A stretch of DNA of 64,000 nt from Psammoneis japonica (GCA_008632985.1 QPGO01000297.1:1-64000); one strand, 5' to 3'; shown: positions 36,951 through 49,240, numbered from the stretch's first letter. Notes: a model not told the origin generated them from the letters alone. Numbers and translations: made by a program.

Positions 36951-37785
36951 AGTGGCACTCCAAGAAAGCAAGCTGCAACTGCTGCTGCAAACTTTAGGGT
37001 GTTGTCTCTGTCAGTGTCATTTAATTTAAATGCAAACAACAAAATAGAATGTTCATGGCACAATGCAAATGATTTTAATTTGCAAGTTTTGCAGGGACAG
37101 AGGGCTGGCACTCTCACAGGGAAAACGTGTCCCTGTTTCATGGTGAAACAGGGGGTCCCATGGCATAAAATGTTCATCTATCATAGTTGACATGTGATTG
37201 CCAGCTACACAACTATCAAGGTTTGAAACAATGGAATTTTGTGCTGCAACAGCTGAAAACATTGCTGTGAGAAAGGTGCTCTGTGTCACTGCAATTCGCG
37301 CTCTGATGCACCTCTGCACTGTGGCTCAAGATCCCTTTCCTCAGATGAGAAACATGCAGATGTCGATGCATGCTTCTTGCGATCAATCAGTCTTGTAGTG
37401 CTCCAACATGCCATGCAGACAAAAGCCTTTGTTGTTTTTCGAAAAAAGAGACGGAGAGAAATGAGTGACGTCTTTGTCGTGTTCATTCGCGCGCCATAGC
37501 CGCAACTAAAAAACCGAAAAAGATGGGGTGGGTGACGTCCAGACGTTGAGATCTTTTTGTTTTTTGCGTTGCGGGTTGCGGGCTTCAGGCTGTTTCACGA
37601 TGTGCCAATGAAGTGCATCAAATGAAAGATAGTTGAAAAGTCGTCGCATGGATCGATTCAAACGAGTTATAAGACGCGAGGTGTGGAACAGCACAGTGGT
37701 AAGCGGTGGAAGAACGAATAATAGAGAGCCCTTACACCTTACAGTCAGTAGAAAAAGAGAGCGAATCAGCAGAGTTGTTTGAGAA

Positions 37786-38748
37786 ATGACAAACTGCAAG
37801 GAAAACGAGCTGCTTGGCCTTCCCCACGAGATATTCTCTCATGTTTCCGGCTATCTGCCAGGTCGTTCTTTATCCACGTTCGCCCTTGCCGTTGTACCAT
37901 GTAATCAAAAAGATGCCAACACGGTTGTCTACAAGATGATGGTTCAAGCTTACCAGCACTGTACAACCTATCTCGAGGACGACGCCCCATCAGAGCTTCT
38001 CGCTTGTTGGAAGCTCTTGTCGAGCGATTTGTTCGCTCAGGGAGAAAACTTGCTTATTAATATGCGAACGCTATCTGAATGGTGCGCGGTGTACGACTAC
38101 TGTATTGGTTGCCCACGTATTCTGTCCGAATTTTATCAGGAGGAATTCAACAATAACGCTACTCCCGAGAGAAAGTGTTGGTTGTTGGGCGGGGGCAACG
38201 TATCAACGGTAGGCCTTGATGGTGCTCCTCCTGCTGATAATGAACAAAGGCGTCCGACAAGTCAAGCTGTCTTTTCAAGTCCCAATTGGCGACCCGAGCT
38301 GTTGCGGTTTGCAGAGCAGTGGTTTACCCCAAACATGCATCATGTGCAGAGTGCTTTTCCTCTGTGGCCACAGACCTTGATTGAAGACGGGTCCGCAGTT
38401 GGTTTTGTGTCCTGGAAAGATGGAGCAGCTTTAGAAAGTGCACACTCGAAGGTTGACATTGCTGCTGGCATGGTAGTGTGGCAGCGTTTTAGTCGAAACA
38501 TGGTTTCAGATCTTGTGTGGATACCGCGAGCAACGCGCCAGATTCATGGCAGAGCATTAACGGCGGCTATTGACTCTGCCGGACTTGCGTGGATGTCAAA
38601 GATTGCAGCTTATGACAAACACATGCTTTGTTCGTGTGAGGTGGAGGAGGAAGCAAATGAGACTATCGCGCCAGGCGACTTTGTAGATAGTGGGCAGTTT
38701 GTGCAGCATTTGATGAAGCTTCTTCGAATGCTAGAGAATTTGTGGTAA
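37786..38748 (+). CDS. F-box-like protein
   Basis: 320-aa intact ORF with N-terminal LLGLPHEIFSHVSGYL. Confidence 0.6.
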   Translation: MTNCKENELLGLPHEIFSHVSGYLPGRSLSTFALAVVPCNQKDANTVVYKMMVQAYQHCTTYLEDDAPSELLACWKLLSSDLFAQGENLLINMRTLSEWCAVYDYCIGCPRILSEFYQEEFNNNATPERKCWLLGGGNVSTVGLDGAPPADNEQRRPTSQAVFSSPNWRPELLRFAEQWFTPNMHHVQSAFPLWPQTLIEDGSAVGFVSWKDGAALESAHSKVDIAAGMVVWQRFSRNMVSDLVWIPRATRQIHGRALTAAIDSAGLAWMSKIAAYDKHMLCSCEVEEEANETIAPGDFVDSGQFVQHLMKLLRMLENLW

Positions 38749-39499
38749 ATTGCTTCGGCCGGCTATTGGATTGGTGTGTGCTTCTTAATCAGTTGTCGCA
38801 GACTGTGCAGGTTGCATTGGAAACGAGGCTTTTCTTCTGCTGGTATCACGCTCGTAATAACTTGTGAACGAAATAAACTATTTCTACATCATGCCCCCCC
38901 CCCCCCCCGAGCCATTGATGAGAAGGAGTTTTACCTGATTATTCTAATACGAGTTGAAAATGTAATTTCGATTTCACCGCGTAATTCTTGGCAACATTCA
39001 ACCTCACGTACTTGGTGCCCAATTGGAATGAAATTTGTGCCTTGTTGCGGGGAAAAAAGAGAGTGCATGGCAAGACACATGAATCTCTGCAATTGCCATG
39101 GATGGAATTCACCCGGAAAAGATTGTGCGTTAGACAGCAATGAAATTCCCATCATGTTGCTCCCTGTTACAGAGTGGAACAACAGACGTTTCACTCAGCT
39201 TCTTCATCATGGCCCAAACGGCCACCTCACACTTGGTGACGACACCGCCAATCTTCCACGGCATGGCATTCTTCTTGGCAGCACCTGCCAACATGGTTTC
39301 ATGCAGGTGCCTCCATGAGAACCCCTGTCTCTCTGACCAAGAAGTTGTCCACAAGACCAACGATTCAGGTTGTCACAAAATTGCCTGTGTGCATCATTCA
39401 CAAATTGTCAAGGATGAGGCTGTTGAATTTTGTCTCAAGCAAGTGACTCCAGCAGGGAGGCCACCGCGAAAAAAAACATCAACAGCAGTGTCCCATCAT

Positions 39500-40100
39500 G
39501 CGTCGAGTGTGGCGAGCATGCAGCACCCAGCCTGGAGCCTTGGCAAGGTCATCGCTGGGGTTGACAATGCCAGGAATGTGTCTTGTGACAATCTTGCCCA
39601 TTTCCTTCTATTCTTGGATCACAAAAAACTGGATCTCAACATGTCGAGAGCGCTCAGTCGGAATCAAATGATTGGTGATCTTGATTGCCGATTCATTGTC
39701 AAAGCACAACGGGGTTGGCTTCATCTGAGAGAAACCCAGGTCATGCAGGATGTGATGAAGGCAAAGGACGTGCTTGTCAGCAGTGCCAGCAGCATGGAAT
39801 TCTGCTTCCATTGAACTCACAGCAGTCACCGACTGGGTCTTGCATCAAAAAGACACAGCAGCACCGGCCAACATGCAAGCATGCCCGGTCGTAGATCATT
39901 GGTTGCGGAGATTGTTGCCATGTGCGGCATCCAAAAAAGCAATGAGTTGGTGATCACATTCAGGGAAAGGGAGCGATGGGAGAGTCGAGTCCGGAGTGTG
40001 GAACCATTTTTGGTCGTGCACGCACAGAGATCTGGCGTGTTTCTACGGCCGTGAAAAATGCTGGGAAAGCGAGTCAAAAAGTTGTTGGATCAGACAATGA
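39500..40100 (-). mobile_element. Decayed Ty1/copia RNase H region
   Basis: SSMEAEFHAA..LHDLGFSQMKPTPLCFDNESAIKI..TERSRHVEIQFFVIQE matches SSxEAEY..DNxSA..RxKHI. Confidence 0.8.
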
Positions 40101-41257
40101 GGCTCGCTCGATCGGCTCACAAAACAAATGAATCGAAATGGAAAGCTTGGCGCAGAGGTCTGCGGCACAGCGCAAAGCCATGACCTGACAGAATGCCGAA
40201 GGCAAGAGGTGATGGAGGTGTGAAAGACTCCCTGAGCACTGGGACTGTGATGACACGAGTGCTGGTAAGAAAAGAGTGAGAGGCAGATCTCAGAGAGATC
40301 TGCTCGTCCATCTAAAAAGGTCCGGTCATCATCCGCATCCAGTCTGTCCATCGTACGACATGCAGATGGGTGGACTGACACCACCTGCACATGCAAATGC
40401 AACAAAAGGACAGCCTCTTCAAAATGCTCCATGCAGGTTGCTCTTTCTGCAGAGTGATCAAGGCAGTGCTCAAAGCCATTTTCCTTTCGCAGACATCAAA
40501 ATGATCATCTCAGAATTGACGGCCCCAGCCCTCCAGCCCAGAATGAGCAAGTTTGCTTTTGTGCTCAGCACACGTGCAGTCTCCACAGAAGCTCAGATGC
40601 TCATGATGCTGAAAATGCTTGCTGGCGCTGACAGAGCAGACCTTGGATTCCATTCCACAGGCATTTTTCCTTGAGATTCATTGTCCTCCTCCTCTCTTTG
40701 CAGTGCCCATGATTGCACAGCAGACAACCCTCCTGCGGAGCACCAATGCATGCTTTGTTGCCTGCAGGAGCTTCTGGGCAAAAACCTCAGTCAAGCATGA
40801 TCTGGTGCATTGTTGCTTGTTTATCTTGGAGCAGGATGGATGGAACAATGCAAGGAGTTTCCTGTCAGCACCTGCAGGCAAATGAGCAATGCGGCAATGT
40901 TAAAGCAGCATGGACAACAACCCACCGTATCATTTGACTTTGGCCCGCACAATCCCTTGGCATAATGTGCCCCTGCTCTCAATTGCATTATCTCCTGTCT
41001 GATTTGAGTTTGCGTTTCAATGGCTTTCTGAGCAACACACAACATGATGTACCGGTATGTGCTTTGACGCTTATTGTACTCTCAATCACCCCGTCTACAT
41101 CACGTATTTTGACTCGAGCCTTGCTGCAATTGCCGTCGTGACGAAAAAAAAAGAGCAATGCCTAGAGAAAAAAAAAGACAAAGTGACGGTTGACTCACAA
41201 CTCAACTTCTCCTAAAACAGGCACTATAGATGCAACTCTACTACGTAAAACAACTCT

Positions 41258-42148
41258 CTAGTTTCCCCACTGTAATCCGCCAAAAGGTCCTTGCTGCTGC
41301 TGTTGCTGACTGTTGTAGGCATTGCCCGAATGAGGAGGACGAGCAACACTATTCTGCTGCTGTGGGTACCCACCATAGGATTGCTGCTGAGGCGTCTGCT
41401 GATGATGATAGTGACTGTTATTGCTTGAAGCATGGTGGTGCTGCTGCGGAGTGCTCGTCATTCCCAAAAAGTCGGCATGATGAGAATTGTTGGAAGCCGT
41501 AGCAGCAGTTGTTGTCGAAACAGGAGTTTCCATATCCAGCAAGCTTCCACCCGAACTGGGTGCGGAAGGGACATTTAGTAGATTGGCAGAAGCAGCAGCA
41601 ACAGGCTTGGAATGATTGGAAGACTCAAAGACATCCAAAAGAGGCGCAGCTGCCGGAGTTGGAGCAGGCGGAGCTTGACGAGGTGGAGCTGCTGCAGGAG
41701 TTGAATGGACTGCAGTCGCAGCAGCCGCTGGACGCACAAAATCTTCATCGTCACTATCCTCCTCGGGCTCCATGGAAAGCCTCGTCACCTTGCAAACAAT
41801 TGTATTTTTATACGTGCTTACGGGCGCGTTTTCATTCTGCGGCGGATCCATCCAAACCGCCATACCCTTATCCACGCCCGGAATGAGAGGAGCCTTAAAT
41901 CGAAAGTGGTAACTCCCCTCCAGGGGAAAGGCGTTGCGTACTTGAGCCAGCGTGGGTGGTTCTCCGTGATTGCGCGATTTCGGAGCTAAAAAGACATTGG
42001 GATACGCCTCGTCATCGCCGTCTTCGGGAAGAAAGTAACTGTATAGAGGAGATTATTGTAAGAGAGAGAGAGAAAATGAGAATTAGAGCTTTGTGAAAAA
42101 CAGCAGAATAGTAACAACAGATAGAAGAACGCACCGGATCGTCGTCAT
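41258..42148 (-). CDS. DIX-like domain protein with low-complexity Pro/Ala/Gln tail; exons 42148-42135 and 42038-41258
   Basis: Spliced translation MTTIRYFLPEDGDDEAYPNVF..TLAQVRNAFPLEGSYHFRFK..VWMD resembles DIX domains. A GT-AG intron 42134-42039 keeps the frame. Confidence 0.7.
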
Positions 42149-42433
42149 GGTCGTTGCCGCTGCTGCGTGTATGCGCTTTGTGTTCACGCTCACACGCGTC
42201 TCTGCATGCAGCGCGTGTGCTGACGACGGCTGAGCCGACAATGACCAGTTCTACGTAAATCCTGGTATTGTTTCTACGCTAATGACGATTCAACGGATAA
42301 ATTGGAATCATTCATCGATGACGGTTAGGTGTCTGATCTGTACGGTGTCTCCTCTTTAGCGCGCGCAGTGCGCATCGAGCTGGTTACCCGCTTCAAAAAT
42401 CCAAAATGTCAGAATGTCAAATTCATTTCAACC

Positions 42434-43618
42434 ATGATGTTCTTCAACCTGCTGTTATCCGTGTTGCTCTGCAGCATACGGCGGACTGTTGTTGCTAAAT
42501 ATGCGGTAACGATATCCCCAATTGAGGATCCCATTAACATTTGGAATTCGGTGGAAACGTTGCACAAATGCAATGGCCTCATTGATGTTCCGGATATTCC
42601 CGTGCGTGTCTTTTTCAGAAATAAAACAGTTCACATGGTGGAGGGATCCACCGCTTACCGACACATGAATGGGCCGTCGGTATTCAACGTAACGAGATCT
42701 TGTCACGTGGCTTGGAACATGACTGGCAATGGCAATCCTTGCATGTTTGCCGGTAATGAATTTCTGGATTCAACGTGGAGTTTTGAGAATGGGACAGTGG
42801 TTTCCTTGATTCATACAGAATTTCCGGGAGATCGATACAATTATGATTGCAATTCGACGTACCCACATTGTTGGACAGTCACAATTGGATTGGGTGTTTC
42901 TTACAATTTTGGAAAGACGTGGCAGCATGTCAAGGCACCACCCAATCACTTGGTTGCGGCTGTGCCGTATCCTTACAATCAGAGTCAACCAGCCTTTGGA
43001 TGGGGAGATCCGAGCAATATTGTCTTTTGGAATGGATACTACTACTTTGCCATGTGGAATCGTAATCAAATTGGTTTGCAGGCTCCCGGGATTTGCATGG
43101 TGCAAACGCCCTCCCTGTTGGATCCATCCAGCTATCGGGGTTGGAACGGAACATCGTTCAGCGCCATTTTGAATTCGTCACCCTATCATCCCATTCACGA
43201 CATGGAGCGGCATATTTGCACTGTTGTCAATCTTCCTACCAACTGTGCGGCTCTAGGTCTTGCCTGGAGTGCCTACTTGGAAACCTTTGTCACAACACTG
43301 AGTTGCAGCGGAGGGGACTTTGTGTTTTCCACAAGCGACAATCTCATTGAGTGGAGCGAGCCTCAGCCATTTTATTCACGGCACGACTTGCCACCAGATG
43401 TGCTTCGAAACGTTTCTTCTATTGCCTACCCAACCTTTGTGGATCCAACGGCACCAGACGTGTACAACGATTCCAACTACTTTACAATGGGTCAAACACC
43501 ATACCTTTTTTGGGCGAGTTTGGGTCATAGTCCTTATACGGATGGGAGGAGCTTGTGGGCTACGAAAATGAAATTTACAAAGGAAAAAGACAAGACAACA
43601 TTGACGGAGGCGGCGTAA
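42434..43618 (+). CDS. Secreted protein, possibly a beta-propeller glycoside hydrolase-like fold
   Basis: Signal peptide MMFFNLLLSVLLC, Asp-box-like SYNFGKTW and STSDNLIEWS, GDPSNIV..YYYF, and many NxS/T sites. Confidence 0.55.
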   Translation: MMFFNLLLSVLLCSIRRTVVAKYAVTISPIEDPINIWNSVETLHKCNGLIDVPDIPVRVFFRNKTVHMVEGSTAYRHMNGPSVFNVTRSCHVAWNMTGNGNPCMFAGNEFLDSTWSFENGTVVSLIHTEFPGDRYNYDCNSTYPHCWTVTIGLGVSYNFGKTWQHVKAPPNHLVAAVPYPYNQSQPAFGWGDPSNIVFWNGYYYFAMWNRNQIGLQAPGICMVQTPSLLDPSSYRGWNGTSFSAILNSSPYHPIHDMERHICTVVNLPTNCAALGLAWSAYLETFVTTLSCSGGDFVFSTSDNLIEWSEPQPFYSRHDLPPDVLRNVSSIAYPTFVDPTAPDVYNDSNYFTMGQTPYLFWASLGHSPYTDGRSLWATKMKFTKEKDKTTLTEAA

Positions 43619-43708
43619 CTTCGAATTGATTCTGGACAGCAACAGAACAAAGAAAGGAGGGAAAGCAGCGAAACACATTATATCGTCGTCGTTGTTTATG
43701 AATTTCTG

Positions 43709-44656
43709 CTATACAATTGGGGGTGAAAATTTGGGCTTGAGGACCATGATTCCGTAGATTGCGGTCACAAAGACACATGACACCACGTTGCTAAATTTGC
43801 GAAACTGTAATATCCCTGGAACGTCTATGCTCTCGGAATCATTTCTTCGTCGTGTCCAGTCTTGAATCGCCTCCTTTGCCGCACCTTGAGTGGTGAGATC
43901 GGTGACTGCCCACCAAACTGCAAACGCCAGCAAGGTAGCTATAGCTCCAACCACGTGAAATGGTGCTTGGCCGAGACTGCCGTAGTGATCAACACTGAGG
44001 CCAACTCCCGAAAGAATCAAAACAGTCAAGGCAGGCAGTACGACTAACGAATCAAGAGCTGGAACTTTATCAAAGTAAAAGTTCAAAACAGACTTGTCCT
44101 TTGAATCGGTCGCCAACCATTCAATCAGAGTGGTAAGTACAATGCCACCACCAAACATCATGGCCGACAGCGCATGGGCTAATCCATAGAATTTTACTGG
44201 AATTGCCTTCAGCAACGCTGCTGGCCATGGGCCGACATAATTATTCACCAATAAGAAACTAGACAGCCCCGACATAAATATACCCAATGCTGCAAACTCA
44301 ATGTATTTGCCTTGATCCTTATTGTTCGGCGCGGTTGTCAGGTTAGCCACAAATGCCCCTTGGTAGTACGGTGGTCCATCGTCGTCACTGCTTGATGCGG
44401 CAGGCAAACCAAAAATTTTCCTTAGCTCGAAAAAGTCCCTTGCGCTCCGATGCATTTCGAACGTACTTTCTTTGGCCGACGACGGATCTTTGCCTTGCTT
44501 TGCATAATGAGGCTGTTTAGACGTTGTTTCTTGCATGTCTTCCAGAGTGGCGGTATTATTATTTGAAAAAGCAGCTTGTATTGGTGGCGAAACTCGCATG
44601 GACAACCGTCCGCCTGTTGTTGCTGCTGCTCCCATTACAGTGGGGAGGATTCTCAT
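43709..44656 (-). CDS. DUF2269-like integral membrane protein with N-terminal extension (start uncertain)
   Basis: HALSAMMFGGG, LVVLPALTVLILSGVGL and terminal IMVLKP are typical of DUF2269. Confidence 0.6.
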   Translation of the reverse strand: MRILPTVMGAAATTGGRLSMRVSPPIQAAFSNNNTATLEDMQETTSKQPHYAKQGKDPSSAKESTFEMHRSARDFFELRKIFGLPAASSSDDDGPPYYQGAFVANLTTAPNNKDQGKYIEFAALGIFMSGLSSFLLVNNYVGPWPAALLKAIPVKFYGLAHALSAMMFGGGIVLTTLIEWLATDSKDKSVLNFYFDKVPALDSLVVLPALTVLILSGVGLSVDHYGSLGQAPFHVVGAIATLLAFAVWWAVTDLTTQGAAKEAIQDWTRRRNDSESIDVPGILQFRKFSNVVSCVFVTAIYGIMVLKPKFSPPIV

Positions 44657-46189
44657 GACACGCAGCAATCTTTCTCTCATTTTTTCGTGGGTTTTGTGAC
44701 CGCGCCGCGGCGCTCTTTTATGTCGTGCCATGTGCCATGGCGGGCGGGTTGATGCGGGTCTCTGCATCGCACGGAGCGCGCCTCGACTTCATTTTCAGCG
44801 CCGACGGTCCGCGGTCTCGAGCTCGGTGAACCACCCTTGTCCATGGCTTAATTTGCTCCGTGAAGCAGACACAACGGGCCTTGCACTGCTTGGTGATGGT
44901 GCAACCACCAAGAGAATGCCCTGAATCAACAAGCTTTGTTGTTTTGAAGGGGATTGGAGTGAGCTGTGATGCTGAGCACCTTTGTGGGAAAAGAAAGAGC
45001 TGCTCACACTTTGTGTGCCTGCCGCTTCCAGGGTGATCTGTTGGTGACAGATCCAGTCAAGTTGCTTTTCAATTTGGTGTTCTTTGACAGGGCCAAGAGT
45101 GTGCATCCTTCAATGTCACTGCCATGATGTGAGCATGCTGCGTCGCTGCTGCTCTTGCTTTGTGCTGGCACGCAAAGGCAAGCACTGCAAGATGCTGAGT
45201 TTGTGGTGCCCTGCTGCACTGCTGTGCATCATGTCTGCACGATCCCAGCAGAGACTTTTGCACACTCTCACTTGAGCATCTCATCTGCAAACACATGGCA
45301 ACAGTGTCAACAACATGCAAAGCTTGCTGCAACTGCCACATTTCTGATTGTGAAATGTCCACTGAGAGGTGCTGGTTGCAGAGACAATGTTCAGCAACCA
45401 CAGCTGACCACAACCAGTCAAAGCCAACCACGATGGGCCCCACCACTGGCTGACTGCAACAGCTGGTGACAGCCAACCACAACCAATCAAAACCAACCAC
45501 AGCTGATCATGACCAATCACAGCCAACAAAGACAAAATGAGTGTCTGTGGACATGCTGACAAGGCACAAGGCAACGACCTTCCAAATGTGACCCCACTGC
45601 CTCCTCTGTTCAAACAAGTGGCATCATTGACAAAAATCAGCTTTGTCAGTTCTTCAACCAAAACCACCCAACAAAACAAAATTTGAAGCCAACCATGGCA
45701 GCTGTTCTCTTGCCACAGGCTTTTCTTGGTTTGTGCCTTGACTCTGTTGGTTTCAAGGGGAGGCAAACTATTTTTGTTGTGGTGGTGAGCATGGTTTTGC
45801 ATCTGGGGCTTTGCTTGTTGCATGTTGTGTGCATGAAAAAAAGCAAAAAAAATGTCACATGCATGGCAGCACTGATTGCACAGCATCGCATGCATGGGGG
45901 AACCAGCTGCATTGCATGACACTCAAGCATGGCATGAGAAAATGGGCATGGTGAAGCCAATGCAGTCATGTGAGCGAGGGGTGGTTTGCACATGCAAGTT
46001 TCGCTGTCTGTGCACATGAAATTTGAGTGCATTTTGGCACTGCAGTTCGTGTTTTTGGATGGTGTCATTGTCTTGTCAGCAGCACAGTGGCAGTCTCCAC
46101 AGACAGCAGGTCAGCATTTTGTCCAAATGAGTGTAATCTTTTGGGAGTGAGGCCCTTCTTCAGTGCTTGCAAAGGGGGACAGACCTGCA

Positions 46190-47440
46190 CCATCCTCCGA
46201 ATGCATGATCACCTGAGGCAACGGTGGGTCACCCAAACTGTGGTGAGGCTCATTCTTGCATTGACACAGCCACATGCTTCAGAACATGTCTTTTGCCACT
46301 CATCTGACAGCTTCGATGTGATCTTGCACAGCATCACCTTGGCTTCCTTGCCAAGAAGCACTGGCCCATCACATGACACAACAAAGGGAGTGAAATGACG
46401 GTGTTGTTCAAGACAGGGCTTGAGGTGCTTGCACTTTTTCTCATGTTTGTGGTTTGCTGGGACTTCTTCGTCTGGTGTTTTGGACACCAGGTGTGACTTC
46501 GCATCCGCATCAGGGGTTCGAACATCCGTCACCATGTCTGTCCTTCCATCCCAGAATCTCATGCAGAGAAGGTCTCCACAATCACCATCGTTGGACTTGC
46601 TGGAGTTTGTGTTTCCTGGGGAACTGTTGGGGGTGCTTGTGCTTCCTGAGATGTGTTCTGTGGGATTGACAAGGTTCGTCGCATGTGCAGGAAGGTTTGC
46701 AAGCCTTGCCCGTTGGGTCACCCAGGATGAGCTCAAGCTCTGCCAGGTGGGACCTCGCACTGCTGAACTGTGACATTGACAGGTTTTTTGGATCATGCCG
46801 TGTGTTGCACATGTGAATGGCTGCATGACTTTTGTGGAATTGTGCATCCTTTTGTGGCACAATTGTTGTGCCATCCATTCAACAACTTTCAATGTTTTTG
46901 TTCTGCGCCATTCTTAAATGTCTTGAGAATGGTGCAGGGCAGGTGGATTTTCCAAAACTGAGAGTGCAGACAGGCATGAATGTGCTGCAAAATTGGTCAT
47001 TTGATGTTGAAGATGAGTGCACCTGCAAATTAAATTCTTGCACTGTGGAGCTTGCACGCAGAATTCTGCTTGCCCAATGTCACACGAGCCCCACCCAGGC
47101 AGGAATGGAACCCATCCCAGGTTGTCACACACTTCATGATGTCGTGAGATGAACAGGCCACCCTTCTTGCACTGAAGGGCATGGTTCATGAAGAATTTGC
47201 ATCCACATCCATCACAGTGCTCCGAGAGGTCCGATGGAGTGCTGCCACACCGCAGGAAGAGTGCGCCACAGAACTCTTGGCACGAGAGTTCTGTGCCGTT
47301 CAAGTGTCGAAGGGCATGCTGACACCCACGCTCCAGTCTTGGTTCTGCACTTGACAGCTCTGGCCTGGAGGTCAGGTGGGGTCCTGAAGATTGTTTTGAG
47401 GGTCTCCTCCTGCACTTTAACCTTTTGTCAGCTGCTTCAT
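46190..47440 (-). mobile_element. Decayed CRE-like non-LTR retrotransposon 3' region (zinc knuckle + restriction-like endonuclease), split by a MITE
   Basis: CDGCG..NHALQCKKGG..RHHEV, then GDLL..FWD..DVRTPDADAKS..HEKK.KHL.PCLEQ.RHFTPFVVSCDG..GKEA..NARMS. Confidence 0.8.
46728..47114. mobile_element. ~386-bp MITE family, copy 2
   Basis: Aligns with 16725-17110. Flanks acccagga / tcccaggt. It interrupts the DNLG-D motif of the CRE element. Confidence 0.75.
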
Positions 47441-47809
47441 GTTTCACTTCATGTGTGGTGCCCTTGACTTCTTGTTCCAGACTCAGGTGCGCACTCACAC
47501 AAAAAATGCCCCTTTTTGCATGAAACGTGCAGTCCAAACTTACGGTGCAATTTTCAATGGTTAAAATGTCATGATCTTCAAATGTGTTGTCATGGGCACA
47601 TGCAGAAAGATCTCTCATGTGTGTGCCCATGTGCAAGAAACTGAGGATGGACTAAGTTGTTGATCACTGAATTGCACCGTAAGATGAGAGCTCCTTTTTC
47701 CAATGAGCAATTTACAACTGCACCCATGTGTTTGTAAACAACATCAATCATTGTTCCAATGCAACAACATGCTCTCAAATGTGACACAAATGATGTTTTG
47801 TCTGTTTGG

Positions 47810-48191
47810 TGGGTTCCAGTCCTGGGCGGCACTCCGTGTGACATTTGCCCCGCAGAATTCTACGTGCAAGCTCTGCAGTTCACACTCTGGGCAATGCACA
47901 TGTTTGTCTTCAACACAAAACAAATGACCAAGTTTGTGGCACACATGTCCCTGTTCCCACTCAAAGTTTTGGAATTTGCCTGCCCTGCACCATTGTTGAG
48001 ACATTTAAGAATGGTGCAGAAGAAAAAACATTGAAAGTTGTTGAATGGATCGCCCAACAATTGCAGCATAAAATGACACAAAATGTTGCCAAAATCACGC
48101 AGAAATGTGCGTGCGCGACATGCGACATGATTCAAAAAACTGTCAATGTCACAGTTCAGCAGTGCAAGGTCCCACCCAGACCTGGAACACA
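47810..48191. mobile_element. ~386-bp MITE family, copy 3 (inverted)
   Basis: tgggttccagtcctggg...cagtgcaaggtcccacccagacctggaacaca is the reverse complement of copy 1. Confidence 0.75.
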
Positions 48192-48699
48192 TTGTTCATT
48201 TGAGTGCTTGATGAGTTTCCAAACACGTGAGAAGAAGTGAAGCTCAGCGCACAATGGTGTTGACTTCAGCCCTTTTTCACTGTTGAGGAAACATGCATGG
48301 AAATGGAAAAGAAGTGCACCTCAGAGGCAAATTGTGAGTGAGTTGGGGCTCAATTGTTGGTGCTGACAAATTGAGTCTTCTTGTGCCATGCTGCAGCCTG
48401 CATCAAGCATTTTCATTGTTGTGGTGGATGCCACAGACTGTGTTGAATGTTGCGGTCTTCATCATGACATTCAATTTTCCATGAGGTTGAAAAAAGCGGG
48501 CCGTCATGGTCACTGAAAGCCATGGCCGTTTTGGCTGTTTGTTGGCTCAAATTTGCTCTGTTCATTTTTTACTTGGAAGCTGCTGTCAATGTGATCATTT
48601 AAATGAAATGTTGACGATGTTGCACAAAGCACAAAATGTTCATTTTTTGTGCGAAAATGGGCATGAGCGCACCACCTGAGTCTAGAACAAGTCCCTTGT

Positions 48700-49240
48700 G
48701 GGCTGCGGAACAGAGCTGGGAGCGGCCGTAGAGTGAGTCGATCATGTGAGAGCATGTGAGGGCACTTGCTTCAAAGTCATGAGCTGCAGACTTTGTTGGA
48801 TGAGGGATGGATGGCACCGAAAATTTGATTGGGAGGGCAGGCGGGGCCAGTCTTGGGTCGTCATCAGCCAGGATCTGTTGCGCGTTCTGTTGGCAAACGA
48901 CTCACCACAGTCCTTGACCACACACTGAACATGCTGCCACTGGTGTTGCAGAGACTTCTGCAAACTGGCGCAGGCAGTCTGGGGGCAGTGAGTCGCAATC
49001 TTGGCAAGTCCTTGGACAACCGAGGTCCAAAACTCGGCTTTCATTGACTGCTCAGCAGTTGGCAATTGCAAACTTTTTCATGTCGGGCAGTTGGTCGGGC
49101 AGTCCGTCTGAACTCAAGATTGTCCCTTGGATTTTGGAACGGCATGGTGGGTTGTTCAGTGCAAATGAACTGCTCGTGTTCGCACAGTGATCATTGGGAA
49201 CATTGGAGGTTGTGGGGAAATCCCAAAAAATCGACATGTT
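48700..49240 (-). mobile_element. CRE-like RT fragment, upstream part of the 46190-47440 element
   Basis: WTSVVQGLAKIA..PQTACASLQKSLQHQWQHVQCVV matches PQxAYAxLQKSLQxEWQxxQRV. Confidence 0.65.

Noticed and set aside
18000..37400. Dense overlapping 60-290 aa ORFs rich in Cys/His/Gln/Trp
   Set aside because: They arise from the loss of TAA/TAG stops and Tyr codons in TA-depleted DNA. They are not real small Cys-rich proteins and not an alternative genetic code, because the gene islands use the standard code.
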